Source of the DNA: Octopus sinensis
Taxonomy: Eukaryota
Assembly (NCBI RefSeq): GCF_006345805.1
Contig: NC_043011.1
Location: 12,598,464 to 12,662,463 of the forward strand
Direction of reading: 5' to 3'
DNA length: 64,000 nucleotides
Shown: piece by piece, positions 14,096 to 27,060 of the stretch
Layout: each line of letters opens with the position of its first letter
Numbering within the stretch: position 1 is the first letter of the stretch
Program-made: the position numbers and the translations under genes
The notes under the pieces: generated by a model
Database searches by the model: none
Seen by the model: only the letters and a program-made list of their open reading frames with translations
What the model was told of the DNA's origin: nothing

Positions 14096-15301
14096 TGTGT
14101 AAGATGTCTATTAAGATAGAAATAAACAGACAGAGTGAGAGATAGATAGATGTCACCTTATTTATCCGTGTGAGGTAGAAAGTACTAAGGTAGGAGTGAA
14201 GGTTTGTTCTGTAGGTTAGCTACTGATTTCATCCAACCGCAGATAAGACAACTACATGGCAGTAGGATACAATCAAGAAGTTGCTTTCAAGTACTGTTTG
14301 TTTTTATATTACTCACACAATATATACTTTCTATTAATAAACAGCACAGCATACTACTCCAGTGAATATTACTACGACCTGTAACAGGTCTACTCATATC
14401 TTTGTCCTCATAGAAAACTGACATTCTCTCTACAAAGGCAGATTAAGAAATAAATGTTATTTCCTCTCCTTACCAATAAATTTTACGCACTTCAACCAGA
14501 AAACCAACATTACTTTCAACATTATTTTTTAATATTAATGTCTAAGAAACATGTATCTATATACGTTGCTATTTTTATACCAATTTCCTCCTGCTTGTTT
14601 AGTTTGTAAACTGAGGCATATTTATGTGTTTTTAGAATAAATGTTCTCCGACTACTCAACCATACTGGTACCAGTCTAATATAAAATACAGGCTTATGTT
14701 CCAATAAATTATTAATAATATATTAAAAAATTCATTTCACAGATATACACACACACACACATATATATAATATATATATATATATATAAGTAGGTGAATG
14801 AATTATCTAAGCATGGAAAATTCGTTTAACCGATACCTGGGTAGCAAATTCACGTCAGAAAACACGGTTGAAGCGACCTGTCAAGGGTAGAAATATATAT
14901 ATATATATAATATATATGATGCATAAATTCCAATAGGCTGAAAGTTATATATAGTGATGAAACATTTAAATTTACTTAAACTTACAAATTTTATTTATAG
15001 ATGTTGATATAATTAATTATTAGTACAGTTTTATAATTTCTTCTGGAATCAGAAAGAAAATGAGAAACTGTAGAATTATGGGTATATACACTGGAACTGA
15101 GATATGCAAACTGTATATTCTACACATGTTGAGGAATAGATCTGGATTTGTAGAGATAGCAGTATACAGAGATGACAGTCTATCTACATCAATGCACATG
15201 AACAAAAAGATTTAGAAAGCATCTAGAACAGCTACAAAATAATAGCTCAAACTTGCCTAATTGTTGATAATTACTAAGAAACAGAGATGAATTATAACAT
15301 T

Positions 15302-15533
15302 TATTTCTTTACTACCCACAAGGGGCTAAACACAGAGAGGACAAACAAGGACAGACAAAGGGATTAAGTCGATTACATCCGACCCCAGTGCGTAACTGTT
15401 ACTTATTTAATCGACCCCGAAAGGATGAAAGGCAAAGTCGACCTCGGCGGAATTTGAACTCAGAACGTAACGGCAGACAAAATACGGCTATGCATTTCAC
15501 CCGGCATGCTAACGTTTCTGCCAGTTTGCCGCC
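15302..15533 (-). mobile_element. tRNA-derived SINE family C
   Basis: Matches 37718-37950 in reverse (gagttcaaattccgccgaggtcgactttgcc; tail ccttgtgggtagtaaagaaata). Confidence 0.9.
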
Positions 15534-15659
15534 CAGGCAAAAACATGGTTTTTAAAGATGCAGTATTGTTTATAGCAATATATAAACCCCCAAATCAACA
15601 GGACCAGAAAAAGGGAATGAAAGGTGAAGAAAGTCATAAAATTGTAATATGATCTACAC

Positions 15660-15897
15660 TAGTGGTTCTCAAACATTTTTGTACCTATGCACCCCTCTGA
15701 TTCCTATTTTACATGGATGGACATCCATAGCCATTTTATGTTTAAAAAACACCTATCATATTTTGATAATTAAATATTTATTAGGAATTCTATTTAAAAA
15801 ATGCTAAAATACTTTGTATATTGTTAAAGTAGAACCAATTTATTGCACATAATTTTAATAGCAAAATTTTATATGGACCCCCACCTGAGGACCACTC
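15660..15897. mobile_element. Degenerate hAT-like MITE
   Basis: Ends tagtggttctcaaa...ctgaggaccact resemble CAGTGGTTCTCAA-type TIRs. Confidence 0.4.
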
Positions 15898-15983
15898 ATC
15901 TACATCATCCCAAGAATAAATAAACATCCATTAACACACAGTTCATCCACAGACACTAACCATAAAATAAATACATAAACATA

Positions 15984-16181
15984 GGATCTTTCAGTTTGAA
16001 CGGCAGTTTTTAACATAATTTCTAGGTACATAATTTAAACTATTAAACTCTTTGTATTTAATGTGTTCCTTCCTTTTTTAGAATTATTGAAATGCAATAG
16101 ATCAATACTAGGGTCATAATTATGGGTGACAATTTCATATGACATCACTAGAAAAAACTGCCGTTCAAACCGAAAAGATCC
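15984..16181. mobile_element. MITE, short deletion derivative of the 27510-27932 element
   Basis: TIRs GGATCTTT(T)CRGTTTGAACGGCAGTTTTT. Flanks TAAACATA / TAAACATC (7/8 match, TSD). Confidence 0.85.
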
Positions 16182-17122
16182 TAAACATCTAACTACTCAC
16201 ATCTTTCACAGAAACCACACGATGTCAAACAGGCATGCACACACGCACACACACAAGCTCTCTCTCTCTCACATACTCCTTCTTACATCTCCATAAATCT
16301 ATAGAATCTATAAACCAGGAGACAGACAAACCTGAAGTACAGAGAGTGTGTCATTGCTGAGGTTACGAAAGGCAGTGGAAGGACTCTGACAAACATAACC
16401 AATTGATTAACCAAATAGTTAATCAAATAACTCCATGTCCCCCTACATAACCAATTGAGTACCAAATAGTTAATCAAATAATCAGGTCCCCCTACATGCC
16501 TTGATTTTGCTTTTGAGCAAAAATTAAAACTAACTAACTAACTAACTAACTAACATCAAGAATCTTGCAAACCAAATACAATCACAAAATCATCCCACTC
16601 AGTTTTTAATCTAATTACATTACCAAAAACACCACAAAATTTCCTATCTTTAATCAGGAAACATTTCCTTTATGGTATCAAGAAATACAATCTCTTTAAA
16701 AAGAAAAATGTTTAGATTAGCTATAGTTGCACTAAAAATGTAAGAAGCATGATATAAAACATCAATTACAGTAATTATACTCCTAGAGATACAGTTAAAC
16801 AAATGAAAGTGATAAGAATAGTCCATCATCTTACTTAATAGATAGTAATTGGATAATGCCTGGCTTCAGTATTGGTATATTAAACCAAGGTCATGTTGAG
16901 AGATGGCACCAGAATGAATTACCAAGAACAACAAGTGGCATCTCAAAACATGATAGTAACACTATATATGTCTTATAGAAACAGACATGAAAAGAACCCA
17001 ATATGTTTGTCTTAATATATTTCATCGTTAAAGAGCAACATTTACAAAATATTGAGTTGATGTACAAAATAAATGCATTTCTCTAACCTATATTATTGAT
17101 CCATGTAAAAGTTTACCATACA

Positions 17123-17530
17123 GGCACAGGAGTGGCTGTGTGGTTATTAACTTGCTTACCAGCCACATGGTTCCGGGTTCAATCCCACTGCGTGGCACCT
17201 TGGGCAAGTGTCATCCACTATAGCCTTGGGCTGACCAAAGCCTTGTGAGTGGATTTGGTAGACGGAAACTGAAAGAAGTTTGTTGTATATATGTATGTGT
17301 GTGTGTGTGTGTGTGTGAGTGTGTGCGCGCATGCGTGTGTGTCTGTTTGTCCCCCACATCGCTTGACAACCGGTGTTGGTGTGTTCACGTCTCCGTAACT
17401 TAGCGGTTCGGCAAAAGAGACCAATAGAATAAGTACTAGGCTTACTAAGAATAAGTACTGGGGTCGATTTACTCGACTAAAGGTGGTGCTCCAGCATGGC
17501 CGCTCTCAAATGACTGAAACAAATAAAAAA
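17123..17530 (+). mobile_element. SINE family B
   Basis: Full head-microsatellite-tail match to 11327-11840. Confidence 0.9.
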
Positions 17531-17699
17531 AAGCAAAAGAAAAAATATATGGAAGACCACTATCATATAACAAAGCAACCAGTCACTGCTACCAACAGAA
17601 AGAGGCAGTGTGCAAATGGAGGCATGGCACAATTGCTGCAAATTAATTACTTCCAACTACAAACTGTTTAAAACTAACAGAGATTATAATAATATCAAG

Positions 17700-18018
<319 letters not shown>

Positions 18019-18168
18019 TAGGCTAATACAAGACCCACACTAAACTCCTCACTCGTATCACTCTCGAACTATGGCCTGTCCTTAGCACTTAGCATTACAT
18101 AACACTCTTTGGGTCTTCTAGATACCAATACCTTTTATACCCTCACTATATATATATATATATAGTAC

Positions 18169-18430
18169 AAAGGATCGTGGGTAAGGCCAAAACAATGCAA
18201 AGTAAATCACAAGAAAACAAATATGCGAATTAATGTAGACTTACCTTGTATTCAATATTTCGGGGTTATGACCCACTTTTCAAGAAATAGTCAGCAACAT
18301 TTGTTTATTTCTTGAAAATGGGGTCATAACACCGAAATACTGAATACAAGATAAGTCTACATTAACTCACATATTTGTTTTCTGGCGATTTACCTTGCAT
18401 TGTTTTGGCCTTACCCACCCACGATCCTTT
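18169..18430. repeat. Long inverted repeat (foldback)
   Basis: Arms 18169-18289 and 18306-18430 are near-complementary, with a 16-nt spacer. Confidence 0.9.
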
Positions 18431-18488
18431 ATACAATATATTCTACACAATGCTTCATAGTAATTATTCCATTATATATATATTTATA

Positions 18489-18655
18489 AGCACAGGAGTG
18501 CCTGTATAGTAAGTAGCTTGCTTCCCAACCACATGATTCCGGTTTCAGTCTCAAGCAAGGCACCTTGGGCAAGTGTCTTCTATTATAACCTTGAGCCGAC
18601 CAAAGCCTTCTGAGTGGATTTGGTAGACGGAAACTGAAGGAAGTTTGTCGCATAT
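18489..18655 (+). mobile_element. SINE family B, 5' half
   Basis: Head and CORE-like block present; ends at the central (TA)n where a family E element begins. Confidence 0.8.
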
Positions 18656-18671
18656 ATATATATATATATAT

Positions 18672-18890
18672 AAAGTTAATCCAAACATGAAAACACAAAG
18701 AGAAAACACAATAACGCGAGGATGTGGAACAAATATAGTATTATTGGACGCTCAGGAAGGAAGGAAAGAAGGAGGGTTTGACGTTTCGAGCGGAACTCTT
18801 CGTCAGAAACATAGGAAAAGGAAAGATCCAGAGAAGGGAAGACGGAGGGGAAAAAATCGTTAATGGTACACACGCGGTCACATTTTGAAT
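18672..18890 (-). mobile_element. Family E micro-element carrying a hammerhead ribozyme (putative Penelope-like pLTR or retrozyme)
   Basis: 219 bp between (TA)n tracts. Same 5' and 3' boundaries as the copy at 63644-63851. Contains a hammerhead core. Confidence 0.75.
18776..18810 (-). ncRNA. Minimal type I hammerhead ribozyme (HHR1)
   Basis: Minus strand reads GUUU-CUGACGA-A-GAG(UUCCG)CUC-GAAA-CG-UC-AAAC. Stem I is 4 bp, stem II is 3 bp with an extra A after A9, helix III is the palindrome ACGU, and the cleavage triplet is GUC (C at 18780). Confidence 0.75.
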
Positions 18891-19579
18891 CAATATATAT
18901 ATATATATATGAGAGTTTGTATGTGTGTGCGCGTATGTTCCTTCTGCATCCCAAACCTGAGTTGCCGTTTTTGACGTATGGAGTATCAAAAGATTCAGTA
19001 ACCTTTTGGCTAGCAACTAAACTGTATTTTTTATTCACCTATTTCCATTACAAAAAATTAAGATTATCATTTTTCTTTTAGTCACCTATTGTAAACGACA
19101 TCTTTTACCACCACCACCACGATGATGTCACATTTTCTGTGCTCGCACATTCGTTGCGTATGTTAGGCTGATGACTGACAAGTAGGTGTGTGACGGTGTT
19201 TCTGTCTGTCAATATACATACATTTTTGTGATGACTGACACACACACACATACACATCTAAAGACAGCTGCAGATACACACAGGGACAAAGATAGGCTTC
19301 ACGTATGCATTAATGTATATATGTGTTCGTGTTTCTCTCAGTTTATGTATGTAACTGCTCCCCCCCCCTCCAAAAAAACAGTGAAATGCGCAGATATCGA
19401 AAGTTTACTTGCAACCTGGACTTCAAACTAACAACAACATTCACTTTCAAGTACTACCAACCTGAAGATTTTCCTGATTTGACACCACTGACAATATTCG
19501 CTGATATATCTGAAAAAAATATTGTTCTGGTTATTATAAAAAATTCGGAAATTTGGCGAAGTAGAAAGTCTCAGCACGT

Positions 19580-19889
19580 GGAGGCACATGGCTTAGTGGT
19601 TAGAGCAGCGGACTCGCGGTCGAAGGATCGCGAGTTCGAATCTCGGACTGGGTGATGTGTGTGTTTGTGAGCGAAAACACCTAAGCTCCACGCGGCTCCG
19701 GCAGAAGGTAATGGCGAACTTCTACTGATTCTTTCGCCACAACTTTCTCTCACTCTTTCCTCTTGCATCTAGCAGCTCACCTGCGACGGACCGGCGTCCC
19801 GTCCAGGTGGGGAACCTATACACCAAGGAAACCGGGAAACTGGCCCTCATGAGCCAGGCATGGCTCGAGAAGGAACAAACAACAACAAA
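19580..19889 (+). mobile_element. SINE family D, tail type i
   Basis: A box tggcttagtgg, B box agttcgaatctc, (CAA)n-like tail. Approximate TSD aaag(t/c)ctcagca. Confidence 0.9.
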
Positions 19890-20486
19890 GCCTCAGCAGC
19901 TCTTTCAGTATAATTACAGAAATGTTATTCTACTCCTTCTAGCCAGTTTCAAGATAATGTTTTTCTCAACAGTCCTTGTATTCTTCATCACAGTGAGTAT
20001 CAACGTCGCACAACCATTTTACTCTGTTACTCAATATTTATTCTACAGGCTATAATGTTACGCAGTTCAAAAACAGCATCTTCCTTTTTATACACTTGGT
20101 TCAGCGTTCGTTTCAAAATTGTGAAATAAATTATTTTTGTATGTGAAACTGAATTACGCCTTCTGAATTTTCTTGGGTTTTCACTTTCTTCGCCGTGACA
20201 TTCATTCAATCGTGAATTTTAATAACATTTAAAACATGTTCCAAATAAATGTTGACTTTATGTACTTTCTTACATTGGTGACACATACTAACTTTTGCTA
20301 AATTGATGACTTTCCATTTTTTTTAATAGCATAACTGTGTAACCGAAAGTATGTTTTGCACCTGTATTGGCTATATTTCATTTTGCTTGAACTTCGTGTG
20401 CGTTCGCTTTGCTGTTTTCAATATTATGAGTGTGTGTGTTTCTGCATTCGTTGCGTCTATAGTAAACTATAGTAAAGAACATTTTA

Positions 20487-20690
20487 CGCTGTTTTAACGT
20501 GCCCACATCTAATGAAGTAGCCATCCTTATGGTTGGTGATCCCATTGAAAATCATGATATTCTCATTCGTGCTCAAGATAACAACCTTAAACGTATTTCA
20601 CAGACTCATCCCTCTTAAGATGCTCTCCAATATAATCTTATTCTGTGGAATGGACAAGATGGGTATTGTCATCAAATGACTTCTATTCTT
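20487..20690 (+). mobile_element. Helitron Rep-region fragment
   Basis: Translates RCFNVPTSNEVAILMVGDPIENHDILIRAQDNNLKRISQTHPS*DALQYNLILWNGQDGY, matching the Helitron motif FNxPTxxEVA...RISExHxxYDxLQYPL. Confidence 0.8.
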
Positions 20691-20721
20691 GCCAACTGAT
20701 GTTAAGACCAGAACAATCAAA

Positions 20722-20920
20722 TCCTTTTTACTATAAGCACAAGGCCTGAAATTTCGGGGGAGGGGTCCAGTCGGTTACATCAACCCCAATGTCTCACTGG
20801 TACTTAATTTATCAACCCCGAAAGGATGAAAAGCAAAGTTGACCCTGGCGGCATTTGAACAGGTAAAATACCGCTCAAGCATTTTGCCCGGCATGCTAAC
20901 GATTCTGCCAGCTCGCCACC
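20722..20920 (-). mobile_element. SINE family C variant
   Basis: Family C head and body. 17-bp TSD ACCAGAACAATCAAATC at 20707-20723 and 20922-20938. Confidence 0.85.
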
Positions 20921-21584
20921 TACCAGAACAATCAAATCAATTACACATGTCAAATAAGCTTTATTTTCATTAACATATTTTCTACGTTATCTCAATAACC
21001 AGCTATAGTTACTTGAAATACACTTTTCTACAATGACCAAGTTTCATTACAAAATGAAAATAGTTTCACACTTTCAATTTGAACCAAAATTACAAAGTGT
21101 TGCATTATGAGAGTGACAATGTATGAATAATAAAGTAATGTTTCTCCGAATTAGTCACACGAAATAAACTATGTTTTGACTCAACAACTCTTTTTTACGA
21201 CTAAAATAACCTCGGCAACTAGGTTGGGTTGCACAATTTTGAATTCATTTTCAGACAATATTTTGATTTGCTTCTAATGTATCACTTTCGCCTGATGTTT
21301 CACACATTTGTAGAATTCTACTCAGACAAATATTTATGAAAATGTACACAGAAATATTGTATAACCCACAACCAAAAATTCATCAATTTTGTTTAATATG
21401 TTATGGGGTAATACAGCCTCTCTCTCTCTCTCTCTCACGCACAAAAAAAGATGTATGCATATGTATTTATGGGCAAAGGTCAGGAATACGCATTCCTGGT
21501 GTTTACAGTTAGGGTTACGCCGAAAACGGGTGATGTCCGTATTCTTTACCGCCACTTATTTATGTATATGTATTTATACATGCA

Positions 21585-21770
21585 TATATGGGTACAGGAC
21601 ATCAAAAAAACGTTGAACACAATAAGAAATGAAAAAATAAAAACAAAAACATAAAAACGAACTTTTTTACAAACAACGAAAAAACAGAGTACAAGACATA
21701 CAACACAAGGAATATTCCCCTTCTTCAGTTGTCCCTGTTTCATCTACTCTATGTTCCGAAGGTAAGGACA
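21585..21770 (-). mobile_element. Family F repeat, inverted relative to the adjacent Penelope-like RT
   Basis: Reverse match to 63883-64000 and 17700-17920. CTGAAGA on the minus strand at 21722-21728. Confidence 0.6.
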
Positions 21771-21771
21771 A

Positions 21772-22215
21772 GACTATACATGCAAATTCAAGGTGCAGCT
21801 ATTGGTGTCAGTGTAGCTGGAGATGTGGCTGGTCTCTTCATGACCTGGTAGAACAGAAAACTTAAACAATCCTTAGCAGAACAATCCACAACTGTTTTGC
21901 TTTACTGTAGGTATGTAGATGACATTGATATTCTAGTTAGGACAAATTCTAGTAACTGTAATGTAGAAATTGGGCAGAGCATAATGGAGAGCATTCAGCA
22001 CGTAGCTAACTCCATCCAACAAAGTATTCAAGGTAACTATAGATAACCCCACTAGGTTCCCTAACAATAGATTCCCTGGCCTTGATACTGAAATTTGGTT
22101 AGAGAATTTACATGAAACCCATAGCTTCAAAATATGTTGTTCAGAAGAACTCAGCTTTGTCATACAACATGAAAATCAATATACTGATAGCAGACTTAGG
22201 ATAATGAATGTGTCC
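21772..22215 (+). mobile_element. Penelope-like element (PLE) reverse transcriptase remnant
   Basis: Translates GAAIGVSVAGDVAGLFMTW*NRKL...YCRYVDD (YVDD 21912-21923), then after frameshifts VTIDNP...PGLDTEIW...MKPIASKYVVQKNSALS...KINILIADL, resembling the PLE RT core and thumb. Confidence 0.75.
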
Positions 22216-22668
22216 TCACTACACAAGCCTTATGAAGCAAGGAAACATGGGCAAAAGGTATGTCTTTAAAGAAATTCGTGCAACTTTTCTACCAGCACAT
22301 GTCCGTCTTCTACAGGGCTGCAGCACCATCGAAGCAGAGGCTGTGATTGAGACAACTCTGGCACACGTTGGCTTGAAATGCGTAATGTTGTAATGTTGTA
22401 ATGTTGTATGATGGACAAAATGAATGATGATACTGAAATAAGAATATTTAAAGAGTTTTTTTACTAGTTTTAATGGCAAGAATTGTAAGGGGAGCTTGTA
22501 CCACATGAATCTTGGATAATTACATGAAATAATGTTTGGGTTTTAGACCGACTTTTCCTCGTACCCATGTATAAACCGCACCCCTCTTTTTCCTGGGTTT
22601 TTCTGTCAGGAAAATGTACAGTTAATACATCGGCAAATACGGTATATATGCATATGTATGTATGTATA

Positions 22669-22730
<62 letters not shown>

Positions 22731-22737
<7 letters not shown>

Positions 22738-22852
22738 TTAGGGCTAAAAACCACTATGTGGACAGCCATATGCTAGAAGTAGATCACATACGATCAAACT
22801 ACAAAGAAAAAATATGGCAGTCCACATAGTGGTTTTTAGCCCTAAATATACA
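22731..22852. repeat. Inverted repeat next to (TA)n
   Basis: 41-bp arms 22731-22771 and 22812-22852 with one mismatch; 40-nt spacer. Confidence 0.9.
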
Positions 22853-22967
22853 CATGTATTGGAATTTTCACTGATTTTTCTTATTTTTATATGCTAGGCT
22901 ACTGGTTTTAAATTGATATTAATTAATTTAGTATTCAATTTATCACCCTCATTATTTAAATGTTATA

Positions 22968-23020
<53 letters not shown>

Positions 23021-23022
<2 letters not shown>

Positions 23023-23277
23023 TCGTCGTCGTCGTCGTTTAACGTCCGTTCTCCATGCTAGCATGGGTTGGACGGTTCGACCGGGGTTCTGGGAAGCCAG
23101 AAGGCTGCACCAGGCTCCAGTCTAATTTGGCAATGTTTCTACAGCTGGATGCCCTTCCTAACGCCAACCACTCCGTGAGTGTAGTGGGTGCTTTTTACGT
23201 GCCACCTGCACAGGTGCCAGGCGGAGCTGGCAACGGCCACGGTCAGATTGGTGTATTTTATGTGCCACCGGCACGGA
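23021..23277 (-). mobile_element. Family A repeat
   Basis: (CGT)n variant tail, then the family A core; lies inside a (TA)n tract. Confidence 0.85.
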
Positions 23278-23278
23278 A

Positions 23279-23332
<54 letters not shown>

Positions 23333-23778
23333 TATATACACACATATACACACACATATACATATTAAAGATATATGGATTGGACTGACACAATTAGAAT
23401 ACACTTATGTTAGTTCCTATTATAATGGGTTAATGAACCACACGCAAAATTTTGAGAAATAATGATTCATCTTTGTTATATTCTCAATAATCCATATGTT
23501 GTATGCATTTATACAGAATTATTATGATTCTTATTCATTATTAGGGATGCAAAAAACATTAACAAAAAGGGAGTATAAACAAATTTACTAGGTATTGAAT
23601 GCTTCAATTCCAAGGCATTTTAAAAGTACATAGTATCAGCCACTTGGGATTTTAGAAAAATAGAAACTGTATTTATTTATTTTAAAAATTGTAGGATAAA
23701 GTAAGACTAAATAAAATTTCCATATTTTGATACTGATATGACATTGTGTAGTAATTTTGAAATCGCTATCTTTACATA

Positions 23779-23987
23779 CACACTGGTTTAATTCCAATTA
23801 TTTATTAAATATCCAATTTTTTTTTTTTGCTTTTGTCAAAGCTCTTTTGTTGCTTTTTGCAGTGACAAACAAATGTGTCCTCTATAACGGACAGAATCAA
23901 TAGTCACTGAGGTTGTAAAAAGTAATGAAAGAACTTTGACAAACAAAAATTGGATATTTAATAAATGAGTAGAATTCAACCAGTGTG
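23779..23987. mobile_element. MITE with long imperfect TIRs
   Basis: cacactgg...tttattaaatatccaattttt...tttgtcaaag is complementary to ctttgacaa...aaaaattggatatttaataaa...ccagtgtg. Confidence 0.7.
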
Positions 23988-24005
23988 TGTGTTAATTATA
24001 TTGGT

Positions 24006-24388
24006 GGAGGCGCAATGGCCCAGTGGTTAGGGCAGCGGACTCGCGGTCATAGGATCGCGGTTTCGATTCCCAGACCGGGCGTTGTGAGTGTTTATTGAGC
24101 GAAAACACCTAAAGCTCCATGAGGCTCCGGCAGGGGATGATGGTGATCCCTGCTGTACTCTTTCACCACAACTTTCTCTCACTCTTACTTCCTGTTTCTG
24201 TTGTACCTGTATTTCAAAGGGCTGGCCTTGTCACTCTCTGTGTCACGCTGAATATCCCCGAGAACTACGTTAAGGGTACACGTGTCTGTGGAGTGCTCAG
24301 CCACTTACACGTTAATTTCACGAGCAGGCTGTTCCGTTGATTTGGATCAACCGGAACCCTCGTCGTCGTAACCGACGAAGTGCTTCCA
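24006..24388 (+). mobile_element. SINE family D, tail type ii
   Basis: A box tggcccagtgg, B box ggtttcgattcc. Diverges from other D copies after ctttctctcactct. Confidence 0.85.
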
Positions 24389-25224
24389 TAATTATATTGG
24401 CATAACGACTCTCTAGACACAGCAAAATTTGTTTCAACATACAAAGAATCTTGCAAACCTGATACAAAAAACGAATTGTATTTACATAGTTTGTATTTCC
24501 TCTTTTAGCCTAGTCAAATCTATACAGACATATTAACTAATAGGAACATCCCTTACAGCTGTAGCCAGAAGTAACCAAATTATATTTCAGGTGTAAATTT
24601 ACACCAAAAGATGAGTCAAAGTTAGCTTCAGGTTGTCTACTGATTAAAACATGGCCAATCAGCTTGGTCTGACAAATCCTTGGCAACTTTCAGGAACTTA
24701 GTGATAAAAGGAATCTCATCTCGAAGAATTAATCAGAGAAGCACTTTCTCTTAGCAAAACATTGATTTTATCAACCTGTCTTATTTAACGTATATACACA
24801 TTCTCACTCTCTCTCTTTCTCACTATCTGTCACTAATTTGGTTGACTAGCTTAGAGCCCATAAGAAGATGTTCTCTCTCTCTCTCTGGCTTAATCTTTGT
24901 AGAGTTAATACAAAGCAAAATAAATACAGAAACACATTTTTGTTTACAAATATACATAAATACATTCATATTCTGAACTGCACTGTTGTTCTGAATCCCT
25001 ATCATGCTCAATAAATTTGCATCTCCCTGATATCTAATTCTTGTTCACTTGCTAACATCCACCCACTAAATAAATTCATTTCTTATTGAAATTGCAATTA
25101 AATTCAACTAAATAAAAAATAACTTCATACAACAGAGAAAACAGATATAAAATGAATTAGAAATACACTGTTTATCAAACATTTAACATCCAACAACAAA
25201 TTGATGACAGGAACCTCTATCTAA

Positions 25225-25600
25225 TTGCTGGAGTTGCTGTTGCTGTTGAGCGAACGGCCTTCGTCCCAGAGCTGGCAAGATGGGAGAAGTCCGAAACGTG
25301 GTCCTTTGCTATTCGTAAGACCCGCAGAAGAGAAAGCAGGTCAACCCCCAACACCGAGAGCATCGATGGATGGATGAATGTGGTTGCGTAGGAAGTCGGG
25401 GACAAGAAACAGGAAGAAAGAGTGAGAGAAAGTTGGAGCGAAAGAGTACAACAGGGGTCGCCACCACCCCATGCCGGAGCCTCGTGGAGCTTTTAGGTGT
25501 TTTCGCTCAATAAACACACACAACGCCCGGTCTGGGAATCGAAACCGCGAGTCCTCTGACCGTGAGTCCGCTGCCCTAACCATTGGGCCATTGCGCCTCC
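25225..25600 (-). mobile_element. SINE family D, tail type iii
   Basis: Same head as 24006, with a different 3' half ending in (CAGCAA)-like repeats. tgctggag duplicated at the flanks. Confidence 0.85.
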
Positions 25601-25769
25601 ACTGCTGGAGCTGCTCAAAATAGCAGCCATATATCCATCAATTCTCACTAAATAATGTAGTACCAGGTAAACAGTGCCTGAGAAAAGATGAAAGGGTCAT
25701 GGCTTGAATGCCTTCATCATAAGTCTGTTCAATCAGAGCTAGCCTTGGGCTAAACTACATTAACATTTA

Positions 25770-27060
25770 CGAGAGGCGTTCAATAAGTAATGCCCCTGAC
25801 CCACTTCCCATAGCAGTAGAGCAACGAAACTTGGCACAGTTATTAGTCTTTTTCTACATAGGAACCACCCAGAGTTACGCATTTCTCCCATCGTTTGATG
25901 CGGCTATGGAGACCGTTTTTGTAGAAGAACCCAGCTTGGTCCTCCAACCTCAACGTGACTTCAGAAATCAAGGCTGCATCATCTGGGAAACGCTTTCCTT
26001 TCAAAAACAACTTCATGATTGGGAAGAGGTGAAAATCAGAGGGTGCAAGGTCAGGAAAGTAGGGGGGATGGGGAGGAGTTCATAGCCATACGCCTGTGCT
26101 TCTGATCTAGCGACAAGCGAGTTGTGGACCGGAGCGTTGTCCTGCAGGAGGAGGATGCCTTTGCTGATCTTGCCCCGCCTCTTGATTTTGATAGCTTCTC
26201 TTAATTTCCTCAAAAGTGAAGCATAATAGGCTCCTGCAATTGTGGTACCCTTTGCCAGGAAATCTGTCATCACTACTCCGTCCTGGTCCCAGAAGACTGT
26301 GAGCATGACCTTGCCAGCGGAGGGCTGCACCCTTGCCTTCTTTGGAGGGGGTGAGTCACGGTGCTTCCACTGCATTGACTGGGCTTTGGTCTCTGGATCA
26401 TCGTGATGGACCCAGGCTTCATCCTGTGTAATCAGTCTTTTGAAAAATTTTGACTCATCTTCTTGGCACATCTCCAAATTCACCCTCGAGCACTCGACGC
26501 GTTCTTGCTTCTGGAAAGGTGTGAGCAACCTGGGAATCCATCTGGCAGACACCTTTTGCATATGCAAATGGTCATGAATGATAGTTTCCACAGACCCGGT
26601 ACTAATCTTGACCTCAGGGGCTATTTGGCGAATAATTATGCGTCCATCTTCCAAAATGGCAGCCTCAACTTGACGGACAGATGCCTCATCGATGGCAGAA
26701 GGGGGCGACAAGATCTGGGAGCTGTTTCCACAGAGTTCCGACCATGTTTGAATTCACGATGCCAGCATTTTACAAGGTCATATGATGGGGCATCATCACC
26801 ATAAGTTACTTTCATTTCATCAAAAGTCTCCCGTGGTGTGCGTCCTTTCAAATACAAAAACCGGATCACTGCTCGACACTCAACAGGCTCCATTTCACAC
26901 TTGACTCGATTCAAACACCTGTAAATCAGAAACCACAATTAATTCAGAGCTGTAATTTGCCACTTACTCTATAGAGATATAAATGATTGCACATGCAAAA
27001 TTACAGCTAGATCAAACAACTGCAAGTGGGTCAGATGCATTACTTATTGAACGTCCCTCG
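25770..27060 (-). mobile_element. Full-length mariner (DD34D) transposon with frameshifted transposase
   Basis: TA TSDs at 25768-25769 and 27061-27062. 37-bp TIRs with 4 mismatches. Transposase runs from ATG 26893 to TAA 25843 in three frames, with motifs WIPRLL, ITQDEAW, QDNAPVH and (Y)FPDLAPSD. Confidence 0.95.
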
